Notes under the pieces: model-generated
The model's database searches: none
What the model was told of the DNA's origin: nothing
Seen by the model: only the letters and a program-made list of their open reading frames with translations
Translations under genes and position numbers: made by a program
In this document: in pieces, positions 48,856 to 57,750 of the stretch
Layout: each line of letters opens with the position of its first letter
How positions within the stretch are numbered: position 1 is the stretch's first letter
From: Endomicrobiales bacterium
GTDB taxonomy: Bacteria > Elusimicrobiota > Endomicrobiia > Endomicrobiales > JALOBY01
DNA: 64,000 nt
Reading direction: 5' to 3'
NCBI GenBank assembly: GCA_963796955.1
Contig: CAWCNJ010000008.1
Span: 352,001 to 416,000 of the forward strand

Positions 48856-49602
48856 ATGCTCGGATTCCTTACTGCTCTGCAGTTCCTAACGATCATCCCT
48901 TTACGATTATCTCGCGTTCCTGCAAAGCGTGATTTTGCGACTGCTATTGCGACATTTCCTTTAGCGGGAATTTGCATAGGACTGATCGTGCTGTTATCCA
49001 GGGCTGTATTTTCGTACGTACTTTCCGGGACTGCGCTCAGTGTGGTTATGGTGATAACTCTTATGGTAATCACCGGCGGGCTGCATTTGGACGGGCTTGC
49101 AGATACTGCCGACGGGATCGGAGCCCGCGCAGACCGTGAAAGGACGCTTGAGATAATGCGTGACAGCAGGATCGGTACCATGGGCGTTTTGGCGCTGATT
49201 TCTGTCATATTACTGAAGGTCTATCTGTTCGCGTATCTACCGACGCATAGAATGTTTGCGGCTATTGTTTGCACTATGGCGGTAAGCCGCGCATGCCAAC
49301 TGATACCAATGTATTTTTTTCCGTATGCCAGAAGCAGTGGGAAAGCTTCTTCCTTCATTGAAGCGCTTTCAAAACCGGCGGTCTTTGCGGCACTGTGCAT
49401 TTCAGCTATTCTGGCAGGCAGCTTGCTGCATTACGCAGGTATTATCGCACTGTTGGTTACCGGAATCACGGCTTATATAATCAGCCGGGCAGTAAGCAAT
49501 AAACTGGGAGGTATCACCGGTGATGTTATTGGCGCTGTCAGCGAAATATCCGAAATAGTTTTTTTGGTAACGATAATTGCCTTGCAAGGGGTGCCTCTGT
49601 GA
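48856..49602 (+). CDS. cobS: Adenosylcobinamide-GDP ribazoletransferase
   Basis: TGGLHLDGLADT.DG, IMRDSRIG, GGITGDV.GA..E. Confidence 0.96.
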   Translation: MLGFLTALQFLTIIPLRLSRVPAKRDFATAIATFPLAGICIGLIVLLSRAVFSYVLSGTALSVVMVITLMVITGGLHLDGLADTADGIGARADRERTLEIMRDSRIGTMGVLALISVILLKVYLFAYLPTHRMFAAIVCTMAVSRACQLIPMYFFPYARSSGKASSFIEALSKPAVFAALCISAILAGSLLHYAGIIALLVTGITAYIISRAVSNKLGGITGDVIGAVSEISEIVFLVTIIALQGVPL

Positions 49603-50051
49603 ACAAACCCGGTGTATTAAAACAGCTAAAGCCTTTCGGTGTCACGCTTGATGTGCTGGTCGCAACGGGCATGATGATGTACATTTATGACCCGGCGATA
49701 GGCAAGCCGGCCTCTGTCAGAAAGACAGTTGAGAAAGAAACGATAAAAGCGCTTAACGATATTAATATCGCGGCGCTCATAACCGCCGGCGTCGAGCTGG
49801 AAAGGCTTGGCCTGGAAGGCAGGCTGCCAAACATTTCGAAAAAGAAGTTCGAGACCGATCCCGTTGACCTTATCGCTGATGAGATACTCGGGCAGGGCAT
49901 CGCGATGTATCTGGCAGGAACACGGGCGCTCTTTGAGTTCGAACGCCTGGATAAAAAGAAGCCTGGAATAATCGCGAAGCTGCCTCCATTCATGGACGAT
50001 ATTGTGGCAGGATTAATAGCCGGGGTAATGGTAAAAGTATGCTCAAATTGA
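49599..50051 (+). CDS. cobZ: PgpA-fold alpha-ribazole phosphatase (CobZ type)
   Basis: DPV.LIADE..G..IA.Y.AG..A.FEF.R.D.KKPGI...L.PF.DD...GL.AG; directly follows cobS. Confidence 0.8.
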   Translation: MNKPGVLKQLKPFGVTLDVLVATGMMMYIYDPAIGKPASVRKTVEKETIKALNDINIAALITAGVELERLGLEGRLPNISKKKFETDPVDLIADEILGQGIAMYLAGTRALFEFERLDKKKPGIIAKLPPFMDDIVAGLIAGVMVKVCSN

Positions 50052-50887
50052 CAACGTCCGGCGTTCAGCGTTTAGCGTATAGTGTAACTGCCCTACTGCT
50101 GATAATTTCAGGAACTGCATTTGCGTATGAACGGATCATTTCGCTTGCACCGTCTTTGACGCGCGACGTGTATCTGCTTGGGATACAGGACAAACTGGTT
50201 GGCGTCACCATGTATTGCCCGGATTTCGCGAAAGGAAAAGAGAATGTCGGTTCCGTTCAAGCTCCGAATCTGGAACGTATCGCTGCGCTTAAACCCGACG
50301 TTGTGCTTGCCACCAAAGACGGCAACGATCGCCGGACGGTAGACAAGCTGCGGTCGATGGGCATAAACGTGTATGTTTTAGGTTCGCCATCGACGATTGA
50401 TACTATTTGTTCTGAATTCATTGAACTCGGCAAATATCTTGGAGTTGAGGCAACGGCGAAAACGATAGTTAAGCAGGCTCGGGAAAAGATACAGACCGTC
50501 CGTACGCATATACCGGCAAACGGGCAGAAAAAAGTATTCTGGCAGGTAGGCGCTCACCCGATATTCACGGTCAGCAAGAACAGCTTCGTAAATGAATTCA
50601 TGGCGTTGAGCGGGGTCAAAAATGTATTCCAAGATCTGAAAGCCCGTTACCCGCAGATCACCAGGGAAGCCGTTATAGCCGCTGATCCGGACATAATAAT
50701 AATCGTTACCATGGACGGCGAAATGTCCACCGAAAAAGCTAACTGGGCACAGTTCGCTCAGTTAAGCGCCGTAAAGAACAACCGTGTGTTTTTCATACGC
50801 GATATGATGTTCGACAACCCGACACCCCTTGCCCTAGCCGAGGGAATAGAGAAACTCCAAACGATCTTTTATCCGACGACAAAATGA
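50039..50887 (+). CDS. btuF: Cobalamin ABC transporter periplasmic binding protein
   Basis: Signal peptide; RIISLAPS, NLE.I.ALKPD.VL. Confidence 0.88.
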   Translation: MLKLTTSGVQRLAYSVTALLLIISGTAFAYERIISLAPSLTRDVYLLGIQDKLVGVTMYCPDFAKGKENVGSVQAPNLERIAALKPDVVLATKDGNDRRTVDKLRSMGINVYVLGSPSTIDTICSEFIELGKYLGVEATAKTIVKQAREKIQTVRTHIPANGQKKVFWQVGAHPIFTVSKNSFVNEFMALSGVKNVFQDLKARYPQITREAVIAADPDIIIIVTMDGEMSTEKANWAQFAQLSAVKNNRVFFIRDMMFDNPTPLALAEGIEKLQTIFYPTTK

Positions 50888-51879
50888 AACGTAATGTACC
50901 AACCTTCCTGATACTTATATTTGCGCTGCTTTGCAGCGCCATGGCATCGCTGCTTGTAGGGGCGGCGGACATAACGCCCGCGCAGCTTTTTAACGCCCTG
51001 CTGCACCCGCATGCCGGCGGTACCGTTTCAACTATAGTCTGGCACCTGCGTATGACCCGCACCGCAATGGCCATAATAACCGGCATGGGTCTTGCCGGCT
51101 GCGGCTGCGTCTTTCAGGGAGTGCTGCGAAACCCGCTTGCAGACCCGTACACGCTTGGTGTTTCGGGCGGCGCCGCTTTCGGCGCTACCCTGGCTATCGC
51201 TTCCGGTATTGCTGCCATGGGAATGTTTTTCCTGCCTATCGCCGCTTTTGCAGGCGCTCTGTTTTGCGTCAGCCTGGTATATGCCGCGGCATCACGGCGC
51301 GGTTTTTCGCAAAGCTCTTTGATACTCGGGGGTGTAGTGCTTGGCTTTGTGTTTTCCTCCATGGTGCTGCTGGTAATAGCTCTGGCAGACGCGCAAAAAG
51401 TGCAGTCAACGGTTTTGTGGCTTATGGGCGATCTTGCAACGGCGAGCGGTACGATGGTAATGCTAACCGGACTGTGCGTATTTTTCGGAATAGCGGCCTT
51501 ATCATTTTTTGCCAGCGATCTGAACATTCTGACCCTCGGTGAGGAAAAGGCGATGCACCTGGGCCTTGAACCGATGAAACTCAAAAAAGTGCTTTTCGCC
51601 ATAGCTTCGCTGGTGACCGGTGCGGTTGTCGCGGCGACCGGCATAATCGGGTTCGTGGGGCTGATAATACCTCACGCCGTGCGGCGTTTCACCGGTCCTG
51701 ACCACAGGGTATTGATCCCGGCATCTGCACTTGCCGGCGCGGCATTCCTGCTGGTTTGCGACACGATAGCCCGCACTATCATCGCACCTACGGAATTGCC
51801 CGTGGGCGTAATAACAGGGCTTACCGGCGGCATATTCTTTCTGGGATATTTAATGACCTCCCGCAATAAGGTGTTTTAA
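50884..51879 (+). CDS. btuC: Cobalamin ABC transporter permease (FecCD family)
   Basis: RNPLADPY.LG.S.GA, GEE.A..LG, IGFVGL..PH. Confidence 0.9.
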   Translation: MKRNVPTFLILIFALLCSAMASLLVGAADITPAQLFNALLHPHAGGTVSTIVWHLRMTRTAMAIITGMGLAGCGCVFQGVLRNPLADPYTLGVSGGAAFGATLAIASGIAAMGMFFLPIAAFAGALFCVSLVYAAASRRGFSQSSLILGGVVLGFVFSSMVLLVIALADAQKVQSTVLWLMGDLATASGTMVMLTGLCVFFGIAALSFFASDLNILTLGEEKAMHLGLEPMKLKKVLFAIASLVTGAVVAATGIIGFVGLIIPHAVRRFTGPDHRVLIPASALAGAAFLLVCDTIARTIIAPTELPVGVITGLTGGIFFLGYLMTSRNKVF

Positions 51880-51882
51880 CGA

Positions 51883-52695
51883 ATGATACTGGAACTGCGT
51901 AACATAACAGCAGGCTACGGCGGAATAACTGCGCTTAACAATATTAACTGCTCCATAGCAGAGGGTGAGATAACCGGTATTATCGGGCCCAACGGCGCCG
52001 GCAAAACGACCTTGTTCCGCGCTATTACAGGCACGCTCCGCCCGCGCTCGGGAAACGTATATTTTAACGGCATAGACATTCACAGCATCCCGCGCAGGGA
52101 GTTCGCCAGGCAGGTCGCCGCCATGCCGCAGATGCTTGAATCCTTCTTTCCATTTTCTGTTGAAGATTTTGTGGCTATGGGCAGGTTCCCGCACCACTCC
52201 CGTTTTGAGGGAACGACGGCCCAGGACGAACAGGCCACGGAACAAGCCCTTACCGATACCGAAACCGCTTCCTTCAGAACGCGTCAGATGAATGAGCTTT
52301 CCGGCGGGGAACGTCAGCGCGTGATGCTGGCGCAGGCACTGGCTCAATCGCCGAAATTGCTGCTGCTTGACGAACCTACCGCCCACCTGGACATAGGCCA
52401 CCAGGTGCAGATGCTTGAGCTTATCCGTTCGCTTAACCGTGAAAAGGGCATAACCGTCGTGACCGTACTGCATGACCTCACCCTGGCCGGAGAATACTGC
52501 GACCAGCTACTAATGCTGAAGAAAGGCGCTGTGCACGCCCTTGGCATACCAGCCGACGTTCTCACCTATCAAAACATTGAATCCGTCTATAATACTGTCG
52601 TGGTAGTCAAAGAAAATCCGTTCTCGCACAAGCCGTATATTATCGCCGTGCCCGAAGAATACCGGAGCAAAAGGTATAACAATGAAACCCGGTAA
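51883..52695 (+). CDS. btuD: Cobalamin ABC transporter ATPase
   Basis: GPNGAGKT, LSGGE, LLLDEPT, LHDL. Confidence 0.9.
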   Translation: MILELRNITAGYGGITALNNINCSIAEGEITGIIGPNGAGKTTLFRAITGTLRPRSGNVYFNGIDIHSIPRREFARQVAAMPQMLESFFPFSVEDFVAMGRFPHHSRFEGTTAQDEQATEQALTDTETASFRTRQMNELSGGERQRVMLAQALAQSPKLLLLDEPTAHLDIGHQVQMLELIRSLNREKGITVVTVLHDLTLAGEYCDQLLMLKKGAVHALGIPADVLTYQNIESVYNTVVVVKENPFSHKPYIIAVPEEYRSKRYNNETR

Positions 52696-54220
52696 AACGA
52701 TTATGATCCAGGGGACCGGCTCCGGCGTCGGCAAAAGTGTGATCACTTCCGCCCTGTGCCGGATATTCAGACAGGACGGCCATTCGGTCGCGCCTTTTAA
52801 GGCCCAAAACATGGCCTTAAATTCCTTCGTGACCGAGACCGGCGGGGAAATAGGCAGGGCCCAGGCAGTACAGGCGCAGGCCGCAAAAGTTAAGCCTACC
52901 GTTGATATGAACCCTGTTTTAATAAAACCTTCCTCCGACATGATGGCGCAAATAATAGTGCTTGGCAAACCGCTCGGCAACAAATCGGCGGCCGGCTACA
53001 CGAACTACAAAGGCAGGCTTTTTGGTACGGTCAAGAATTCGCTCCGCAATTTACGCAAAGAACACGATATAGTCGTTTTGGAAGGCGCGGGCAGCCCGGC
53101 CGAAGTGAACCTGCGCAAGAACGACATCGTGAACATGAGCATAGCACTGGCCAGCAAAACGCCCGTGATACTTGTAGGCGACATCGACAAGGGCGGCGTG
53201 CTCGCGTCAATAGTCGGCACATTGGACCTGATAAACAAAAAAGAATGCGCTCTTATAAAAGGCTTTATCATCAACAAATTTCGAGGCGATATCAAATTGT
53301 TCAGGGACGGCGTAAGGTTCCTTGAACGGCGTACGGGCAAAAAGGTGCTGGGCGTGATACCGTACTACCGCGAGATAGATATCCCGGAAGAAGATGCCAT
53401 ACCGTGGGAAAAGAAAAACGCCGCAAAAGACGGCAGGCGCGTTGTGAAGATCGCGGTGATCTGCCTTCCGCATTTGTCGAATTTTACGGACTTCGATGTT
53501 CTGGAGCAGGAGCCGGATGTTGAGCTTACCTATGTCAGAAAAGCAGCTGAACTCGGACAACCTGATGCGGTAATAATACCCGGCACAAAAAGTACGATCG
53601 CCGACCTTATGTGGTTGAAGCGGGAAGGCCTGGCCGAAAAAATACAAGTTCTTGCGCAAAACCGCGCCACGGAGGTTATCGGTATCTGCGGCGGTTTTCA
53701 GATGCTGGGGGATGAAATTATCGACAGCAACCGTCTTGAATCTAAGACCGGATCCGCACAAGGGCTTGGTCTTTTACCGGTAAAAACAAAGTTGGAACCC
53801 GCAAAGACATTACGGCAGGTCACGGGCCTGCACATTCCGACAAATACTAAAGTCACAGGATATGAGATCCACCACGGCCTGACAACACGGCACCATGGCT
53901 GCAAACCAGCCTTCAGGCTATCCGGGATACAAACCCTTGACGGCGCGATCAACAAAAACGGTTCTGTATGGGGAACCTACATCCACGGGGTTTTTGATAA
54001 TTTTGCTATGCGCAATTCATTTATCAATACTCTTCGAAAGAAGAGGGGACTCGCACCGCGCTCTGTAAAGGAACGCGACACTGATATTGAATTCGATAAA
54101 CTCGCGGACCATGTGCGGGGGAATATTGATATGAAAGCTTTATATAAGATCGCAGGAGCAGCAATGCCTGCTGGTGTCGGGAAGCTCGTGAGAATAAAAT
54201 CAAGGAGAAATTTAAAATGA
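52682..54220 (+). CDS. cobQ: Cobyric acid synthase
   Basis: QGT.S..GKS, PFKAQNM, EGAGSP.E.NL, SNFTD, GICGG.QMLG, GTY.HG. Confidence 0.97.
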   Translation: MKPGKTIMIQGTGSGVGKSVITSALCRIFRQDGHSVAPFKAQNMALNSFVTETGGEIGRAQAVQAQAAKVKPTVDMNPVLIKPSSDMMAQIIVLGKPLGNKSAAGYTNYKGRLFGTVKNSLRNLRKEHDIVVLEGAGSPAEVNLRKNDIVNMSIALASKTPVILVGDIDKGGVLASIVGTLDLINKKECALIKGFIINKFRGDIKLFRDGVRFLERRTGKKVLGVIPYYREIDIPEEDAIPWEKKNAAKDGRRVVKIAVICLPHLSNFTDFDVLEQEPDVELTYVRKAAELGQPDAVIIPGTKSTIADLMWLKREGLAEKIQVLAQNRATEVIGICGGFQMLGDEIIDSNRLESKTGSAQGLGLLPVKTKLEPAKTLRQVTGLHIPTNTKVTGYEIHHGLTTRHHGCKPAFRLSGIQTLDGAINKNGSVWGTYIHGVFDNFAMRNSFINTLRKKRGLAPRSVKERDTDIEFDKLADHVRGNIDMKALYKIAGAAMPAGVGKLVRIKSRRNLK

Positions 54221-56052
54221 AATTTTTTGCATACATAATGACCGCCTTTGCATTTACCGTATCGGCCTTTGCCGCTGATAGCGGTGTATTCCTCTCGCTA
54301 ACCAGGAAAGCTGAAGATATCGCAAGCCTGCCCACCAATGTTTCAACTATTTCAGGCAGCGATATCGCTGAAAAACACGCCCGAAACCTTGGGGAGGCCC
54401 TTCAGTCTGAATTGGGGTTTAACATCAATCAATATGGCACGCTTGGCTCAAATAGCAATATTACGATAAGGGGATCTAAAACCGAGCAGGTATTGGTGCT
54501 CATTGACGGCCGCCGTATAAATGACATAGCACTTGGCCTTGTGGACCTGAGTTCTATCCCGACAGATAACATTAAGCGCATTGAAGTGATCCGCGGAGCG
54601 GCTTCGGCGATCTACGGAGCCAATGCCTTTGGCGGTGTCATTAACGTAATAACGGAAAAGGCTGATGAGGCAGCGCCGGTCGCAACTCTCGCAGCGCGAT
54701 CAGGATCGTTTGGTGAACAGACATACAGCTCGAAGCTCAATCTGAATAAAAATGAAAGATCGTTACTTGTCACTCTGGAGAAACAGCATCTTGACGGCTG
54801 GAGACAAAACAGCGACTACAATAATATCAATAGTTCGCTACGGCTTGGCCTGAACACATCGCGCTACGGTAATTTCGACTTTTCCAGCCAGATCCTTAAT
54901 AGCGAGCTTGGAATACCGGGCGGAAATTTTTCGGCAGACCCCAATACTTTTACCGACCCGACCGCCGCTTCATCACCCCGGGCTCGCCAGAAAGAGAATA
55001 ACAGATATGCCCGTATGGAAAATACATTTAACACTGGTGAGCACTCCCTGAAAACGTCGATATACGGATCCAATGACTCAAGGGATTACAGCGATCCAGA
55101 CTCTGTATTGGACGCCCGTTACGGCACGATGGTTTTCGGCGGACAGGAGCAATATACAGGACCTTACAACATTACCGCGGGGACCGAATGGTGGGAGGAA
55201 CAATATAAACAGACAGATCTGGAGCTTTCAGAGGTTGTCCTTAATAAGAGCCGCGTGAACACCGACATATTCCTGCAACGGCAAACCTTTGTCGGTAAAT
55301 TCATGTTTTTGCCCGGTCTCCGCTTTGACTCCAACTCGTCATTTGGATCGGAAGCGTGCCCCAGCCTGAGCGTGGTTTATAAACAAAGTGATTCTTTCAA
55401 AATCTCTGCCAATACCGGTAAAGCGTGGCGAGCCCCGACATTCAGCGACCTGTATTTCCCTATGGACGCCTACGGAGACGTTGGCAACCCCGCGCTAAAA
55501 CCGGAGGAAGGTATTTCCAGCGACCTTGGTGTTGAGGTCAAGTCGGGCAAAACCTCTGTTTCCGTAACGGGATTTCGTACCGACAATAGAAATCTTATAA
55601 GCTGGGTGCCGAATTCTACGGGCATGCTTTTCTCTCCGCAAAATATCAATACGAGCCGCAGCTCCGGCATAGAAGCCGGTTTCGATCAAACACTGGCCGC
55701 CGGCCTTGCCCACTCAATTAACTACACATACCTGTGGGCTGAAGACACAGACACAAAACAAGTGCTGATATATTCGCCGTGCAACACGCTTAACTACCAG
55801 ATCAACTGGCTGATGCCGTGCGGCACTCTCCTGGGTATTTCTGCCAAATACGTAAGCCAGCAGATGGCAACCGCGACAACAACCCTGAACGATTACACGA
55901 CCATTGGCGCACAACTTTCGCATAATTTCGAGAATATTGACATTTGGGTCAAGGGGTCGAATTTAACCGACAGAAAATATGTTACCCGCCAATACTACCC
56001 GCTCCCGGGCGCAACCTGGCAGGCAGGAGTCACTTACAAGTTCTGGAACTGA
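54217..56052 (+). CDS. btuB: TonB-dependent receptor (BtuB-like)
   Basis: Signal peptide; plug IRG....VLVLIDG, RIEVIRGA.S..YG..A.GGVIN.IT; RAPTF.DLY, GNP.LKPE; terminal aromatic strand. Confidence 0.85.
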   Translation: MKFFAYIMTAFAFTVSAFAADSGVFLSLTRKAEDIASLPTNVSTISGSDIAEKHARNLGEALQSELGFNINQYGTLGSNSNITIRGSKTEQVLVLIDGRRINDIALGLVDLSSIPTDNIKRIEVIRGAASAIYGANAFGGVINVITEKADEAAPVATLAARSGSFGEQTYSSKLNLNKNERSLLVTLEKQHLDGWRQNSDYNNINSSLRLGLNTSRYGNFDFSSQILNSELGIPGGNFSADPNTFTDPTAASSPRARQKENNRYARMENTFNTGEHSLKTSIYGSNDSRDYSDPDSVLDARYGTMVFGGQEQYTGPYNITAGTEWWEEQYKQTDLELSEVVLNKSRVNTDIFLQRQTFVGKFMFLPGLRFDSNSSFGSEACPSLSVVYKQSDSFKISANTGKAWRAPTFSDLYFPMDAYGDVGNPALKPEEGISSDLGVEVKSGKTSVSVTGFRTDNRNLISWVPNSTGMLFSPQNINTSRSSGIEAGFDQTLAAGLAHSINYTYLWAEDTDTKQVLIYSPCNTLNYQINWLMPCGTLLGISAKYVSQQMATATTTLNDYTTIGAQLSHNFENIDIWVKGSNLTDRKYVTRQYYPLPGATWQAGVTYKFWN

Positions 56053-56068
56053 CAAGGAGGTGGAAATA

Positions 56069-56176
56069 ATGAAAAAAAGTAAAAGTAGCCCTAAGAAAGA
56101 CGTGATTGCATCAAGGAAGAAATGCGTAGCCAAAGGCACCGGACTTTCGCATTACGTTCTTTTGGACAAGAAATAA
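56069..56176 (+). CDS. cbpA: CbpA-like RiPP precursor peptide (35 aa)
   Basis: MKKSKSSPKKDVIASRKKCVAKGTGLSHYVLLDKK; strong AAGGAGGT RBS; the VIA.R..C...GTGLSHY.L motif matches my recollection of CbpA. Confidence 0.85.
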   Translation: MKKSKSSPKKDVIASRKKCVAKGTGLSHYVLLDKK

Positions 56177-56196
56177 TCAACAGAAAAACCTCAATC

Positions 56197-56233
56197 AGCG
56201 GAGAAAGCTATTCTTACAACGGCTTTCTCCGCT
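56197..56233 (+). other. Strong hairpin between precursor and maturase genes
   Basis: AGCGGAGAAAGCT-N11-GGCTTTCTCCGCT with a weak U tail. Confidence 0.7.
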
Positions 56234-56256
56234 TTAGAAAACACAACAAGGAAACA

Positions 56257-57654
56257 ATGAAAAACATTAATAAATTCGCCAACAACGCCTCCTCCAGCGG
56301 CAAATACTTGAACACCGGCAACGGTTCTTCCCTGCAAATAATCGACATAAAACACAAAGAATATATCGGAGTGGTAGCACCTGACACCGCCTTCTGGGCC
56401 CTTGTCAAGAAAGATCAGCTGCACAAAGTATTTGACGATCCCAAATATATTTCCAGCTATTTAAAGAAAAGCGGACAATTCAAAAAGGAAATAGACGATC
56501 TCAGGTTCAACCTGAAACCGTCGGCTGTCTACTTTAACCCGACCGACCGCTGCAACTTGAACTGTTCTTACTGTTATATCCCTGAAAAGCTAAGAAAGAA
56601 TGGCGACAACATGACACCGAAAAGGCTTTTACAGGCACTGGAAATATTGAAAAGATATTTTACCGAAAGCCTCGGAAAAGAACACAGGCCGCAGATAGTC
56701 TTCCATGGCGCGGAACCGATGGTCAACCACGAGGCAATGTTCCCTGCGATCGACAAGTTCGGAGATTATTTCCGTTTCGGCATACAGTCTAATGGTACTC
56801 TGCTTGACGATACTGCGCTGAAATTCCTTACTTCGCGCGGGATCAGCATCGGCCTTTCGCTTGATGGACCCACAGCAGGTATAGCAGACAAGACCCGCAA
56901 AACGTGGGCAGGAAAAGGTGTATCGCACACAACGATCGATCTGATAAAACGTTTAAAAGGCTACCGCAATTATTCAGTTATCTGCACGGTAACCAAAGAA
57001 AATATGCGTTCGCTCAATGAGACGGTTGAATTACTGCATAAATTGGAAGTGCCCACCTGCATGCTTAATCAGGTCCGGTGCACTCTACCCGGCGGGCAAA
57101 AGGCAAAACCCGCGGACGCCGACATGGCAGCCTACTACATGAAGGCGCTTGATCATGCGCATTCACTTTACAAAAAGACGGGAAGAAAAATAGTGGTGGC
57201 TAATTTTGCAAACATCCTGCTTAGCATTCTTGCGCCGAGCGGGCGCAAGCTGATGTGCGACATATCACCTTGCGGCGGCGGGCGCTGTTTTTTTGCTGTT
57301 TCCGCTCAGGGGAATATGTTCCCTTGCAGCGAATTTATAGGCCTGAAAAAATTTCAGGGCGGGAATCTCTTCAAAGATAACATACAAGATGTGCTGAGAT
57401 CAGAACCATTCAAGCTGGTGACCAGACGGAAGGTTGAAGACATTGAACCCTGCGCACATTGTGCTATACGCCATTTTTGCGGCTCACCCTGCCCGGCAGA
57501 GGCCCATGAGATTCATGGATCTATGCAAAAACCAGGAGCCTTCTGCGAACTTTATGAAGAACAGGCACGTTATGCATTCCGCGTTATCGCAGACGGCAAA
57601 GAAGACGCCTACTTATGGGACAACTGGAAAAGCGGCATGACAGAAGCCCTTTAG
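56257..57654 (+). CDS. cbpB: Peptide-modifying radical SAM/SPASM enzyme (CbpB-like)
   Basis: CNLNCSYC, FHGAEP; SPASM-type CGGGRC..PC...CAHC.....CGSPC....C; N-terminal PDTAFW; start ATG 56257 with AAGGA RBS. Confidence 0.88.
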   Translation: MKNINKFANNASSSGKYLNTGNGSSLQIIDIKHKEYIGVVAPDTAFWALVKKDQLHKVFDDPKYISSYLKKSGQFKKEIDDLRFNLKPSAVYFNPTDRCNLNCSYCYIPEKLRKNGDNMTPKRLLQALEILKRYFTESLGKEHRPQIVFHGAEPMVNHEAMFPAIDKFGDYFRFGIQSNGTLLDDTALKFLTSRGISIGLSLDGPTAGIADKTRKTWAGKGVSHTTIDLIKRLKGYRNYSVICTVTKENMRSLNETVELLHKLEVPTCMLNQVRCTLPGGQKAKPADADMAAYYMKALDHAHSLYKKTGRKIVVANFANILLSILAPSGRKLMCDISPCGGGRCFFAVSAQGNMFPCSEFIGLKKFQGGNLFKDNIQDVLRSEPFKLVTRRKVEDIEPCAHCAIRHFCGSPCPAEAHEIHGSMQKPGAFCELYEEQARYAFRVIADGKEDAYLWDNWKSGMTEAL

Positions 57655-57681
57655 GATACATGACCAACTAGTGTATTCTCA

Positions 57682-57710
57682 TTGACATTTAAACGATAAC
57701 CCGTTAGACT
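57682..57710 (+). promoter_or_regulatory. Sigma70 promoter for the FN3/CTD gene
   Basis: TTGACA-17 nt-TAGACT. Confidence 0.65.
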
Positions 57711-57742
57711 TGTAACGTCGCTATGTTTTCTGTCTAACGGGT
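57699..57742. repeat. 11-bp perfect inverted repeat overlapping the -10 box
   Basis: ACCCGTTAGAC-N22-GTCTAACGGGT. Confidence 0.75.
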
Positions 57743-57750
57743 ATTTAAGT

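Noticed and set aside
55979..56256. Long N-terminal extensions of the 55979 and 56122 ORFs
   Set aside because: They overlap the receptor and peptide genes; RBS-supported starts are 56069 and 56257.
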